Of a DNA stretch of 64,000 nt, positions 1 through 10,393 are shown piece by piece. Source of the DNA: a virus. The DNA is taken from the IMG/VR virus record IMGVR_UViG_3300040801_002121. One strand, 5' to 3'. Made by a program: the position numbers and the translations under genes. The notes beneath the pieces were generated by a model. It made no database searches and was not told the origin of the DNA. It saw only the letters and a list, made by a program, of their open reading frames with translations. Within the stretch, counting starts at the first letter, position 1; each line of letters opens with the position of its first letter.

Positions 1-2
1 CA

Positions 3-1337
3 GGATTTAGTATCGAACAAGGTTTCTTTGCTGGTTACTGCGTCACGTGGGGTTCTGCCTTGACGGCTGCTCAAGTTTCTGAGTTCAATTCCTATATGAC
101 AGAGCGTATGCGCCTCCACGCCGAACGGCTGTCTTCCGGCGCATTTTTCCAAGATGATTTTACGCGCCAGATCGCGACCGAAAACCTTGAACTCTCTCCG
201 TTCTGGGAGCCTCGCGGCGGCGCGTCCGGCGCTCTGACTGTGAGCGGTGGTCAGCTTAATATGGTATCGACGAGCGATGGTCCTTATTACTGGTGCCCAA
301 GTGTTAATTCGCTCGACCACTATGTGGAAGTAGATTACCTCCCCCAGCCCGGTCATGACTTTTTTGTTTGCTGTCGTTTGCTTGACGCCAATAATTTCAT
401 CGGGGCCCGCCGCTGGACAGTCGGCGGTGATCGTTGGAGCATTTACAAACGCGTCTCGGGCACATTCACAGAGTTGGCGTGGTTGGAAGCCCCAAGCTTT
501 GATCTGGTCGCTTTTCAACCGCAACGTGTTCGTCTCGAAGTCATCGGCGATGAAGCGCGTTTGTTCATTAACGGAAGCGAGGTAGCTCGGGCGTCTATCG
601 GAGCACACTCAGATAGTTTCCGCGCTGGTTTCATCACACGCAACGATGCGGAAACCGGTGCTTACGATAATTTTGAACACGGCCCTCTGAAAAGTTTTAC
701 GGTCTACGATCCTCGCGACATCGTTGATTTGAGCTTTGATGGAGTCAATGGTGCAACGACACTGCCGGATACAGGTCCTCAAGGATCGGCTGTAACTTTT
801 GCTGGTGACGCTGTTCTTGACGATGGCGAATCTCTGAACGGAACCACTTCGCTGTTGCTTGATGGAACAGGGGATTATGTAACTGTTCAGGATCACTGGG
901 ACATGCATTTAGGTGCAGAAGATTACACGATCGAGGGGTATTTCCGTCCGCGTGTCACCGATTCAGGTATTGTCGCGCCTCTTACTAAACGTAACGGCGC
1001 AGGCGCGGACTGGACTGTGTTCTTGGACAACGACAGCCCACGCCTTCTGATTTGGGGTGCCACCACTTTGGATGTAACCGCCACCGAGAAGGTGACTGTT
1101 GGTGATTGGAATCATCTCGCTATCACTGTTGTGGGTAGCGCTGTTAAGCTATGGCTCAATGGTGTTCAGGTTATTTCTGACACACTCCCATCAGGGCTTG
1201 TGTTTACGAGTGAGGACCTTCACATTGGACGTGATCCGACTAACACAGGACGTGATTTCGATGGCCGCGTGCAAAATGTCCGCCTTACAAAAGGCCTTGC
1301 ACGGTATACGGAAGCTTTCATACCTGATGAATTTTGA
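3..1337 (+). CDS. LamG/concanavalin-like domain virion protein (tail fibre or baseplate accessory?); 5' end probably outside window
   Basis: Track ORF 60..1337 starts at TTG, but the frame stays open back to nt 3. C-terminal half (YTIEGYFRP..WNHLAITVVGSAVKLWLNGVQV..LHIGRD..FDGRVQNVRLTKGLARY) fits the LamG/Laminin_G_3 pattern. Confidence 0.55.
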   Translation, partial: GFSIEQGFFAGYCVTWGSALTAAQVSEFNSYMTERMRLHAERLSSGAFFQDDFTRQIATENLELSPFWEPRGGASGALTVSGGQLNMVSTSDGPYYWCPSVNSLDHYVEVDYLPQPGHDFFVCCRLLDANNFIGARRWTVGGDRWSIYKRVSGTFTELAWLEAPSFDLVAFQPQRVRLEVIGDEARLFINGSEVARASIGAHSDSFRAGFITRNDAETGAYDNFEHGPLKSFTVYDPRDIVDLSFDGVNGATTLPDTGPQGSAVTFAGDAVLDDGESLNGTTSLLLDGTGDYVTVQDHWDMHLGAEDYTIEGYFRPRVTDSGIVAPLTKRNGAGADWTVFLDNDSPRLLIWGATTLDVTATEKVTVGDWNHLAITVVGSAVKLWLNGVQVISDTLPSGLVFTSEDLHIGRDPTNTGRDFDGRVQNVRLTKGLARYTEAFIPDEF

Positions 1338-1361
1338 CCCACATGATAAGGCGTAGCCTAA

Positions 1362-2129
1362 ATGCTTAATGGCATCGTAGCCAACCCTTCCGTGATCTAT
1401 CAAGATCAAGACATCATTTTGCCCGAAGCCAGCGATGTGGCCTACCACTTCGCGGCTGACTTTGGGGTGTTTAAGGATTCAATCGGCGGCACGTTGGCGG
1501 ACAGCAACGACACGATCGCAGGGTGGCAGAATCAGGGAAATATCTCCGAAGACGCCGCACAAACGAACACAGCATTACGCCCACGCTTTCGCACTGGAGG
1601 GCTCAATGGAAAGCCCTACATCGAAGGCATCCGCGCTGTTCCCACTTATTTTGAAAATCTTCAAGGAATCACACAAGATAGCGGTATCCTGTCTTGGCAG
1701 GAATGGAACTCGTTTGCATTTGTTGTTGATAATATATCAGCGACAGAGTTTTGTGGGTTTATCGGGGATGGTAGTAAAACTAACATTTATTTCCGACCAT
1801 TTGCTGGCGCTGCTCTTCACTGGGAAAAGTCCGACTTTCGTTTTGGCACTATTACAGGCCCGACGGTCATTGTTATGGCTAAAACCAGTAACACTACGAT
1901 CGCAGCGTATTTTAACGGAACCCGCATATTTAGATCGGATGCCAGTAACCCACCGAGTAGTAGTAGTTCGAGCGCACCCTTCCTGCGAACGACTTTCCTG
2001 AGCGGGGATGATCGCCACTTTAGCGGGCATCTTTATGAGTTTGTCGCATGGAACAATGCCCAGCGTCTATCCGAAGCCCAGATGGTTGATCTCAGCACAC
2101 AACTTTTGACCAAATACAACATTTCCTAA
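1362..2129 (+). CDS. hypothetical virion-associated protein with LamG-like C-terminus
   Basis: 255-aa ORF 25 nt after the previous stop. Ends FSGHLYEFVAWNNAQRLSEAQMVDL, a jelly-roll closing motif like the upstream gene. Confidence 0.5.
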   Translation: MLNGIVANPSVIYQDQDIILPEASDVAYHFAADFGVFKDSIGGTLADSNDTIAGWQNQGNISEDAAQTNTALRPRFRTGGLNGKPYIEGIRAVPTYFENLQGITQDSGILSWQEWNSFAFVVDNISATEFCGFIGDGSKTNIYFRPFAGAALHWEKSDFRFGTITGPTVIVMAKTSNTTIAAYFNGTRIFRSDASNPPSSSSSSAPFLRTTFLSGDDRHFSGHLYEFVAWNNAQRLSEAQMVDLSTQLLTKYNIS

Positions 2130-2177
2130 CCGGCAACCGCAATTTTAGGTTGACAAACCAAACAAGGATCGATACAC

Positions 2178-3020
2178 ATGCAAGTTCAAAATCACCGTCT
2201 TCGTGGCATTCCATACATCGAGTCACCAAATCGTTCTGGGTTCATGACGCCCACGGTAGCTCTCATGCACTACACGGCCGGTTACACCGCTCGCAGCGCA
2301 ATCGCCACGCTGACTAACCGCCGCCGCAAGGCATCTGCCCATCTCGTGATCGATACTGATGGTTCGATTACACAACTTGTGCCTTTCAATCGCGTTGCAT
2401 GGCACGCCGGTCGTTCATCCTTCATGGGCCGCCGTGGTGTGAACAATTTCTCGATCGGCTTTGAGTTCGTCAATCCCGGTTTCTTCAAGGAGGTCAACGG
2501 AGGTTACCAAGATGCTTACGGAACGCGCCTTTCGGATCGTCGCTTGTCGCAGTTTCAGCTTACGAATCGAGGACCGGTAAGTCGTCTGGGTTCCGGCACG
2601 TTTGTTTGGCCTGCTTACACGGATGCCCAGATTAACGCAGGGCTTGCGGCTTTTGACGCAATCGTCGATGCGTATCCATCGATCCGACACGTGACCGGAC
2701 ACGAGGATGTGGACCTGCGAGGCTGGAAGAGTGATCCGGGCCCGGCCTTCCCGATGGGTGAGTTCGAAGACGTTCTGCTTTACGATTCCGGTCCGATGCG
2801 TGACACTGACCGTGCCGATGGCCTCGAACCAGTTCGTGAGCGGCGCACCGTCGATGTTGGTCGCCTAAACGTCCGCGATAAGCCGAGCATTCGAGGACGC
2901 ATACTGACCACGCTTTCAGGAGGGTCCGAAGTGATTATTCTTGAAGACACCGGCAAATGGAGCCGGGTCGAATACGCTCCCGGTCTCGAAGGCTGGTTGG
3001 CGGATGGATACCTCGCCTAA
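2178..3020 (+). CDS. endolysin: N-acetylmuramoyl-L-alanine amidase (Amidase_2/PGRP fold) with SH3b-like C-terminal domain
   Basis: AAGGA RBS 8 nt upstream. Motifs AHLVIDTDGSITQLVPFNRVAWHAG, GFEFVNPGF, VTGHEDV. C-terminus GKWSRVEYAPGLEGWLADGYL. Confidence 0.85.
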   Translation: MQVQNHRLRGIPYIESPNRSGFMTPTVALMHYTAGYTARSAIATLTNRRRKASAHLVIDTDGSITQLVPFNRVAWHAGRSSFMGRRGVNNFSIGFEFVNPGFFKEVNGGYQDAYGTRLSDRRLSQFQLTNRGPVSRLGSGTFVWPAYTDAQINAGLAAFDAIVDAYPSIRHVTGHEDVDLRGWKSDPGPAFPMGEFEDVLLYDSGPMRDTDRADGLEPVRERRTVDVGRLNVRDKPSIRGRILTTLSGGSEVIILEDTGKWSRVEYAPGLEGWLADGYLA

Positions 3021-3031
3021 GGAGATACGAC

Positions 3032-3493
3032 ATGGCCATTGGCATCGCAGAGATTCCATTCCTCCTCAAGGTCAAGAGCTTCTTTGGGAAGCTCTTTTCC
3101 AGTCCTTGGTTTTACGCCATCTTGGCTTTTGCCGCTATCGCGGTAGGCACTGGGTGGTATCTCAAGAACGATAAAGCCGAAGCGGTCGAACAAGCCACTG
3201 AACAAGCTTTCGAACAAGCTGGGCAGGAAGCGACAGTCAAGTCGCTCGAAGCCCAGACGACAACGCAGGAGCGAACTCAAACAATCGATCGCGACTTCAC
3301 GGACCTCCGCGAGCAAACTACAGAGGATTTTACCAATGTCCGAAACAAAATCGACACTGCCCCGGTGGAAGCGAGGGACGCTCCTGCTCCTCGGCTCCTT
3401 ATCGATACTCTCAATGAGCTTGACCGGTTGCGGCAGGAGCGCTCCCGAGCCGCTGAGGATCGAGTTCCTGACGCCAAAAATTCCTCTGGATGA
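3032..3493 (+). CDS. i-spanin (Rz-like inner-membrane spanin subunit)
   Basis: ATG 3032 sits behind AAGGAG (3019-3024). N-terminal TM helix WFYAILAFAAIAVGTGWYL is followed by a charged coiled-coil region. Lies immediately after the endolysin. Confidence 0.65.
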   Translation: MAIGIAEIPFLLKVKSFFGKLFSSPWFYAILAFAAIAVGTGWYLKNDKAEAVEQATEQAFEQAGQEATVKSLEAQTTTQERTQTIDRDFTDLREQTTEDFTNVRNKIDTAPVEARDAPAPRLLIDTLNELDRLRQERSRAAEDRVPDAKNSSG

Positions 3494-3692
3494 ATTGATC
3501 TGCATGGATGCACCGGCCGGGCAACTGCCAAGCGATGCTTCCAATGCACAAGTCGCTCAACGCGTCACGGGAATTGATGAGGCCGGTGAGGATTGCCGTC
3601 AACGCCTCAACCGCGCTCGCATGAAAATCAAAACATTCAACGAAGTCGTTGCCGAGATCAACGCAGCTAACGAAAGAGCCCGACAAGAATGA
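3336..3692 (+). CDS. o-spanin (Rz1-like outer-membrane lipoprotein), overlapped architecture
   Basis: Starts in another frame inside the i-spanin gene and runs past its stop. Signal peptide ends in lipobox LTG|C (Cys32). Stop overlaps the thyX start (ATGA). Confidence 0.7.
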   Translation: MSETKSTLPRWKRGTLLLLGSLSILSMSLTGCGRSAPEPLRIEFLTPKIPLDELICMDAPAGQLPSDASNAQVAQRVTGIDEAGEDCRQRLNRARMKIKTFNEVVAEINAANERARQE

Positions 3693-4558
3693 TTATCTCT
3701 CCACTTATCAGCGCAACCATTCTGGCTGACTCCATCTCACCGGAAGGTGTCCGATTGACCACGATGGAATTGGTTTATCCTCGCTTTATTCATAGCGAGC
3801 TAATGACCCATCGAGTTTTCAGCCGCAACGCATCTTCCTCACGAGCCATCCCAACGAAGCGTGCTCTCCGGATGATCCGAGAGAACCCTGCCGTTCCTGC
3901 TTCATGGCGTATGAACCAACCGGGGATGCAGGGGTATGAACATGCCACGGAAGAAGTCGCTATGGAAGCTCAAAATATCTGGCTTGACGCGATGAACGCG
4001 GCGATCAATTACGCCGAAATGATGGACCAACTGGGTATTCATAAACAGGTCGTCAACCGTATCTGTGAACCTTACAGCCACATCAAGGTCGTGCTGACCA
4101 GCGTCTACTGGGAAAACTGGGATGGCTTGCGAAATCACCACGCAGCCGATCCAACGATCGCAGCACTCGCAGAACAGATTGCCGCCGCCCGCCAAGCCTC
4201 GGAGCCCAAGAAACTGGAAGCTGGTCAGTGGCATCTGCCTTACATTACCGAGGAAGACTTAGGGACCCACGGGGTAGATATGTGCAAGAAGATTTCGACT
4301 GCACGGTGCGCCCGCGTGAGCTATAACAACCATGACGGTTCTTCGACTGATCCTGAGAAGGATGTGGCGCTACACGCCATGTTGGTTGAATCCGATCCCA
4401 AGCACGCCAGCCCGGCTGAACACCAAGCCACGCCGGATTTCAAGGTCAATCACCGAGGCATGTGGATGAACCCACGACAGCATGGAAATCTGCACGGCTG
4501 GATTCAATATCGCAAGACACTAGAGAACGAAAACATCGACACGGTTCTCGTCGGTTAA
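3689..4558 (+). CDS. thyX: flavin-dependent thymidylate synthase ThyX
   Basis: ThyX signature HRVFSRNASSSR (RHR-x7-S-x-R); 289 aa. Confidence 0.85.
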   Translation: MIISPLISATILADSISPEGVRLTTMELVYPRFIHSELMTHRVFSRNASSSRAIPTKRALRMIRENPAVPASWRMNQPGMQGYEHATEEVAMEAQNIWLDAMNAAINYAEMMDQLGIHKQVVNRICEPYSHIKVVLTSVYWENWDGLRNHHAADPTIAALAEQIAAARQASEPKKLEAGQWHLPYITEEDLGTHGVDMCKKISTARCARVSYNNHDGSSTDPEKDVALHAMLVESDPKHASPAEHQATPDFKVNHRGMWMNPRQHGNLHGWIQYRKTLENENIDTVLVG

Positions 4559-4585
4559 CCTTAACCGCAATTTTCGCTTGACAGT

Positions 4586-4623
4586 AAGGCCCGTCTTCTT
4601 CAAAGGAGGCGGGCCTTATTTTT
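4586..4623 (+). terminator. rho-independent terminator after thyX
   Basis: Stem AAGGCCCG / CGGGCCTT followed by ATTTTT. Confidence 0.65.
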
Positions 4624-4638
4624 GGAGGAAAGTGGTAG

Positions 4639-6782
<2,144 letters not shown>

Positions 6783-6783
<1 letters not shown>

Positions 6784-7121
6784 TGGAACATCGAGGGGCC
6801 TACCATGTCCATACTGTCGTTGAAGGTGTTTACGTCACCGGCACTGTTGATCCGGACAAGCTCCAATATAACAAAGGGCCTCATAAATGGGCTAATGGAA
6901 GGAAACCTGTGATTATCTACCCCAGCGATTCACCCTCTTTCAAGGTTCGTGAACCTGCCGACGGTCCACCGATTTTTGTAGGTGATTTTTACGAGCACCC
7001 GGAATACATCGGCGTCGTTGTTATCGACATTGCGATTGACGAACGCACGACGCCAGTCGAGCGGATAGTGACTTACCGGGCCGCAACGAGGCAGGACCTT
7101 GTAGATCACGGGATGCTTTAA
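6783..7121 (+). CDS. hypothetical protein
   Basis: Internal ATG of track ORF 6720..7121 overlaps the ligA stop (TAATG). Stop is coupled to the next gene. Confidence 0.6.
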
Positions 7122-7735
7122 TGAGCCATACGATTCAAACAGCCAATGAGGCCTTCTACTGGCACGGCTATGCGGCTGATACGATCTTCTTTTTTGACTT
7201 CGATGGCGTGCTCGCCGACCAAGAAGAAGAGAAGGTGTTCCGGCTCCCGGAGATTGCTAATGAGCGCGCCCACTTGGAAGCGATCGGAAAGTTGAATGGC
7301 ATCGATCCGTCGCTTTACCACTCGACTCGATATTTGCGACACCTCATCTATCAGGCCAATGCCCTTGGAGAGCCTGTGAAGCCACACACGGAGGCTGTGG
7401 AGTTTGCTCAGCACCTCACACGCACTGGACAGCCCTATTTCATCATAACGGCTCGTAGCGGCTTCTGGGCGGTGCAGCGGATGATCAAGTTCTGTGAGAC
7501 TTGGGAACTTATGCCGCAGGAATCCTTTTGCCTCGGCCGCCTCAGCAAGGCTACGCTACTTGAGCAGCTTCGCTTGGAGTGGCCTGATCGTCCTTTTGTG
7601 TTTTTCGAGGATTCGGCGCATCACATCCAAGCAGCAAAAAACCTCGGTGATCCCAATCTTGAGATCATCGAGGTTGAATGGCCAGCCTGCATGGAAGATG
7701 CCAAGCGCGCTCGCAGAGAACGCTTGGGCTTTTAA
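7121..7735 (+). CDS. HAD-superfamily hydrolase (possible nucleotidase)
   Basis: HAD motif I FFFDFDGVLAD; FFEDS near the C-terminus. Confidence 0.55.
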   Translation: MSHTIQTANEAFYWHGYAADTIFFFDFDGVLADQEEEKVFRLPEIANERAHLEAIGKLNGIDPSLYHSTRYLRHLIYQANALGEPVKPHTEAVEFAQHLTRTGQPYFIITARSGFWAVQRMIKFCETWELMPQESFCLGRLSKATLLEQLRLEWPDRPFVFFEDSAHHIQAAKNLGDPNLEIIEVEWPACMEDAKRARRERLGF

Positions 7736-8520
7736 TAGCGCGACAGAACCGAAACCACAGCGCCCAGAACTTTGATGTCCTTGGAGGCAATCGTTCGCGT
7801 CTTATTGTGAGCGTCGATAAACGAAACCTTGCCCTTTGCGGCCGTAGGCACGTAACGCACCACCACCAATTCACCACCAATTTCGATGGCATAGATGTCG
7901 CGATCAATCGACATGCGATCAACGGATGTGTCAAGGAACAGGCGGTCCTCGACTTTGAGATTGAACAGTGCCGCATCGTGGCTCATAACGAAGACACGCA
8001 GGTCCTTGATGTCTTCGACGTAGCTTTCAGCCAGTGCTCGTGGAATCACGAACCCACCGGTGATGCGTCGTCCGGACTTGGACAGGCTGACTTCATCAAC
8101 CGTGACAATCAAGTCGGGCTTGGTGACCTTCACAGCGTGTTCGCCGAACGCGAGATAGGTAGCGGAAACGCCAAAGCGACGCGCCATGATCTCGATCTTG
8201 TCGTAAGGTGCGGCGCTCTTGCCGGATTCGTAGTTCCGGATCGACTGGCGGGACGAATCCAACCAACGCGCTACCTCTTCCTGAGACACTTCGCGAGAGG
8301 TGCGAAGATGAATCAAGCGGCCGCCGAATGTGTTTAGATCAACATCGTCGGCCGAGCCGGGCACGTCGTAGCGACGCGGAATACTGAGTTTACCGGTCTT
8401 CTTACCGGTCTTCATGAGGGCAGGCTTGCCCTTACCCGGTATTTGCCGGGGCTTCATAACCTTGACGGCCTTGCTGGCCGATTTCGTAGCCTTATTTGCG
8501 GCTTCTAAAGTAGCCATCAT
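7732..8520 (-). CDS. CI/LexA-like transcriptional regulator: Lys-rich N-tail, XRE HTH, S24-like C-terminal domain
   Basis: HTH LRTSREVSQEEVARWLDSSRQSIRNYESGK. C-terminal beta-rich domain resembles peptidase S24 but has MSHDAA where GDSM is expected and VVVRYV where VKRL is expected. Confidence 0.6.
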   Translation of the reverse strand: MMATLEAANKATKSASKAVKVMKPRQIPGKGKPALMKTGKKTGKLSIPRRYDVPGSADDVDLNTFGGRLIHLRTSREVSQEEVARWLDSSRQSIRNYESGKSAAPYDKIEIMARRFGVSATYLAFGEHAVKVTKPDLIVTVDEVSLSKSGRRITGGFVIPRALAESYVEDIKDLRVFVMSHDAALFNLKVEDRLFLDTSVDRMSIDRDIYAIEIGGELVVVRYVPTAAKGKVSFIDAHNKTRTIASKDIKVLGAVVSVLSRY

Positions 8521-8548
8521 TTTCCTCCTATGCGGGTTTCGGTAAGTT

Positions 8549-8578
8549 CATATACCGGTTGACCTTACAGTTTGTCAA
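8549..8578 (-). promoter_or_regulatory. sigma70-like promoter for the regulator gene
   Basis: Minus strand reads TTGACA (8578-8573), 18-nt spacer, TATATG (8554-8549). Confidence 0.6.
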
Positions 8579-8619
8579 TAAAAAATAGCGGTTAGGGAAA
8601 CAAGGAGTTGCCCTAACCG
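8579..8619 (-). terminator. rho-independent terminator after the glutaredoxin/RNR operon
   Basis: Perfect 10-bp stem GCGGTTAGGG/CCCTAACCGC followed on the minus strand by TATTTTTTATT. Confidence 0.8.
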
Positions 8620-8658
8620 CTATTCAAACGCGCTTTTCGGTTGTAAATGAGGAGAAAG

Positions 8659-8925
8659 CTAGGCCGAATCAAACACTTCCCAGTTGGTCGAAACTTCCGA
8701 CCAGCCGCCGAGGCGGTGCCCCGAAGGATTTGTAACGGTGTGGTTTTCGTCACTGAGGAAAACTTGCGGGACGGTATTGACTCCGACTCGCTCATAGAAT
8801 CGTTGTCGATTCGAATCATCGCTGAGATCAATTTCGTTAAACGAAATACCACGCTTTCGCATCTCCATCTTGAGCAGAGAGCAAAACGGACACCCTGCCT
8901 TGGAGTAGACTACGACTCCGCTCAT
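8659..8925 (-). CDS. glutaredoxin/NrdH-like redoxin
   Basis: VVVYSKAGCPFCSLLK CPxC motif. ATG at 8925 overlaps the nrdB stop (ATGA). Confidence 0.8.
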   Translation of the reverse strand: MSGVVVYSKAGCPFCSLLKMEMRKRGISFNEIDLSDDSNRQRFYERVGVNTVPQVFLSDENHTVTNPSGHRLGGWSEVSTNWEVFDSA

Positions 8926-9941
8926 GTTCGGTTCCCTTCCAATTTCAAATTGTTGGCAAAGTCCCAAGGTTCAGAATCCCAGCCCCGGACACCGCCTTTC
9001 GAATACTCGGTAGCACGACCTTCGAAGAAGTTGGTGTGAGTATGTGCCGTCATCATCTCATCGATCCACTCAAGCGGGTTATCGCTCACACGATAGATCG
9101 GCTTGAGCCCAAGCTGAATCATGCGCCGATCGGCCGTGTAACGGATGTAGGTCTTGACTTCCTCAGGAGTGATGCCTGCGATCTCGCCCATCGAGAACAT
9201 GAGATCGATAAAACGGTCCTCAAGCCCCACCATTTCGATACAGGTCTGCTTGATGTCTTCTTTGAGACGAGGTGTCCAAACCTCGGGATTTTCCTTGATC
9301 ATGGTGTGGAACAGTTTGATCATGCATTCCACATGGTGGCTCTCGTCACGTAGAGACCACTCCACGATCGTGGACATACCCTTCATCAACCCACGGCGCT
9401 TGAACGAAAGAAGCACAGCAAAGCTTGAGAAGAGTTGCATACCCTCGCCGAATGCCGAGAATACGGCCACGTCGAGTGCAAGCTTCTCCAGTTCGGAGCG
9501 TGGTTCGCCATCAACGTGACTGGTCCGATCCTCGAACATGTAATCGTGCTTGTCACGCATTTCAGCAAACTCAGCGAACGCTTCGTATTCGGATTCCGGA
9601 AGCCCAAGCGTATCGATCAGTTGCGAATAGGAATGGATGTGGTTACATTCCGAAGTCGTAAATGCAGACAACATCATGCGGACCTCGGTCGGCTTGAAGG
9701 TTGTCTGGTATTTGTCGATATATCCGTGACCGATGTCTTCATCGCCTTTCGTGAAGAAACGGAAAAGCTGGGTCAGCAGATTGATTTCGGCGGGCGTGAG
9801 TTTGTTGCCCCAGTCATGCACATCTTCTTGCAGCGGAACTTCGCTGGGCAGCCAGTGAATGTCTTGCATGACTTTGTAGGCGTCGAAAGCCCATGGATAC
9901 TTGAATGGCTTATAGGATTTGGATTTCTCGAAAAGAGACAT
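8922..9941 (-). CDS. nrdB: ribonucleotide reductase class I beta subunit
   Basis: Ferritin-like di-iron ExxH motifs (SECNHIHSY, RDESHHVECM); 339 aa. Confidence 0.9.
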   Translation of the reverse strand: MSLFEKSKSYKPFKYPWAFDAYKVMQDIHWLPSEVPLQEDVHDWGNKLTPAEINLLTQLFRFFTKGDEDIGHGYIDKYQTTFKPTEVRMMLSAFTTSECNHIHSYSQLIDTLGLPESEYEAFAEFAEMRDKHDYMFEDRTSHVDGEPRSELEKLALDVAVFSAFGEGMQLFSSFAVLLSFKRRGLMKGMSTIVEWSLRDESHHVECMIKLFHTMIKENPEVWTPRLKEDIKQTCIEMVGLEDRFIDLMFSMGEIAGITPEEVKTYIRYTADRRMIQLGLKPIYRVSDNPLEWIDEMMTAHTHTNFFEGRATEYSKGGVRGWDSEPWDFANNLKLEGNRT

Positions 9942-10393
9942 CAGTAGCTCTCCGGCATAATTGTGTGAACTGCGTCCGGGGTAACGCCCCAGATTTCGTC
10001 TTCGATATGAATGTTCTCGACAAAGACGATTTCTTCGCCCCAGTCGCCGTATCCGCCGTCAATGACGCGTCCCCAGATTAAACGCTCACAGGTCGTGGGA
10101 TCACCCTCGTCAAGTTGGCTTGGGTCAAGGTCGTATTCATACGTGAATCCGATAACACGATTGCTCAAGGTAACGGCAAGGTGCTCATGAACACGGGAAA
10201 CAACCCGGCGCGGCCAGACGATGGTGTTACCGCCGACGTGGAATGATCCGTCCGGATACACCTTGGAAACCTCATACTCGCCCGCAGGGACGATGCAGTC
10301 CTCTTCGTGGGCAAGAACAACGATGTCACCCACAACGGGCTGAAAGGCGGGATCATCCTTCACAGGCAAGGCACTCCTCTGACTCGGGCGCAA
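9941..10393 (-). CDS. hypothetical protein between nrdA and nrdB (start uncertain; GTG at 10363 possible)
   Basis: 150-aa ORF overlapping the nrdA 3' end. No NrdI-like flavodoxin motif seen. Confidence 0.55.
   Translation of the reverse strand: MRPSQRSALPVKDDPAFQPVVGDIVVLAHEEDCIVPAGEYEVSKVYPDGSFHVGGNTIVWPRRVVSRVHEHLAVTLSNRVIGFTYEYDLDPSQLDEGDPTTCERLIWGRVIDGGYGDWGEEIVFVENIHIEDEIWGVTPDAVHTIMPESY

Noticed and set aside
7678-8337. 219-aa ORF antisense to the CI-like regulator gene.
   Set aside because: It is a shadow ORF. The minus-strand frame has a recognisable HTH, a promoter, an RBS and a terminator.
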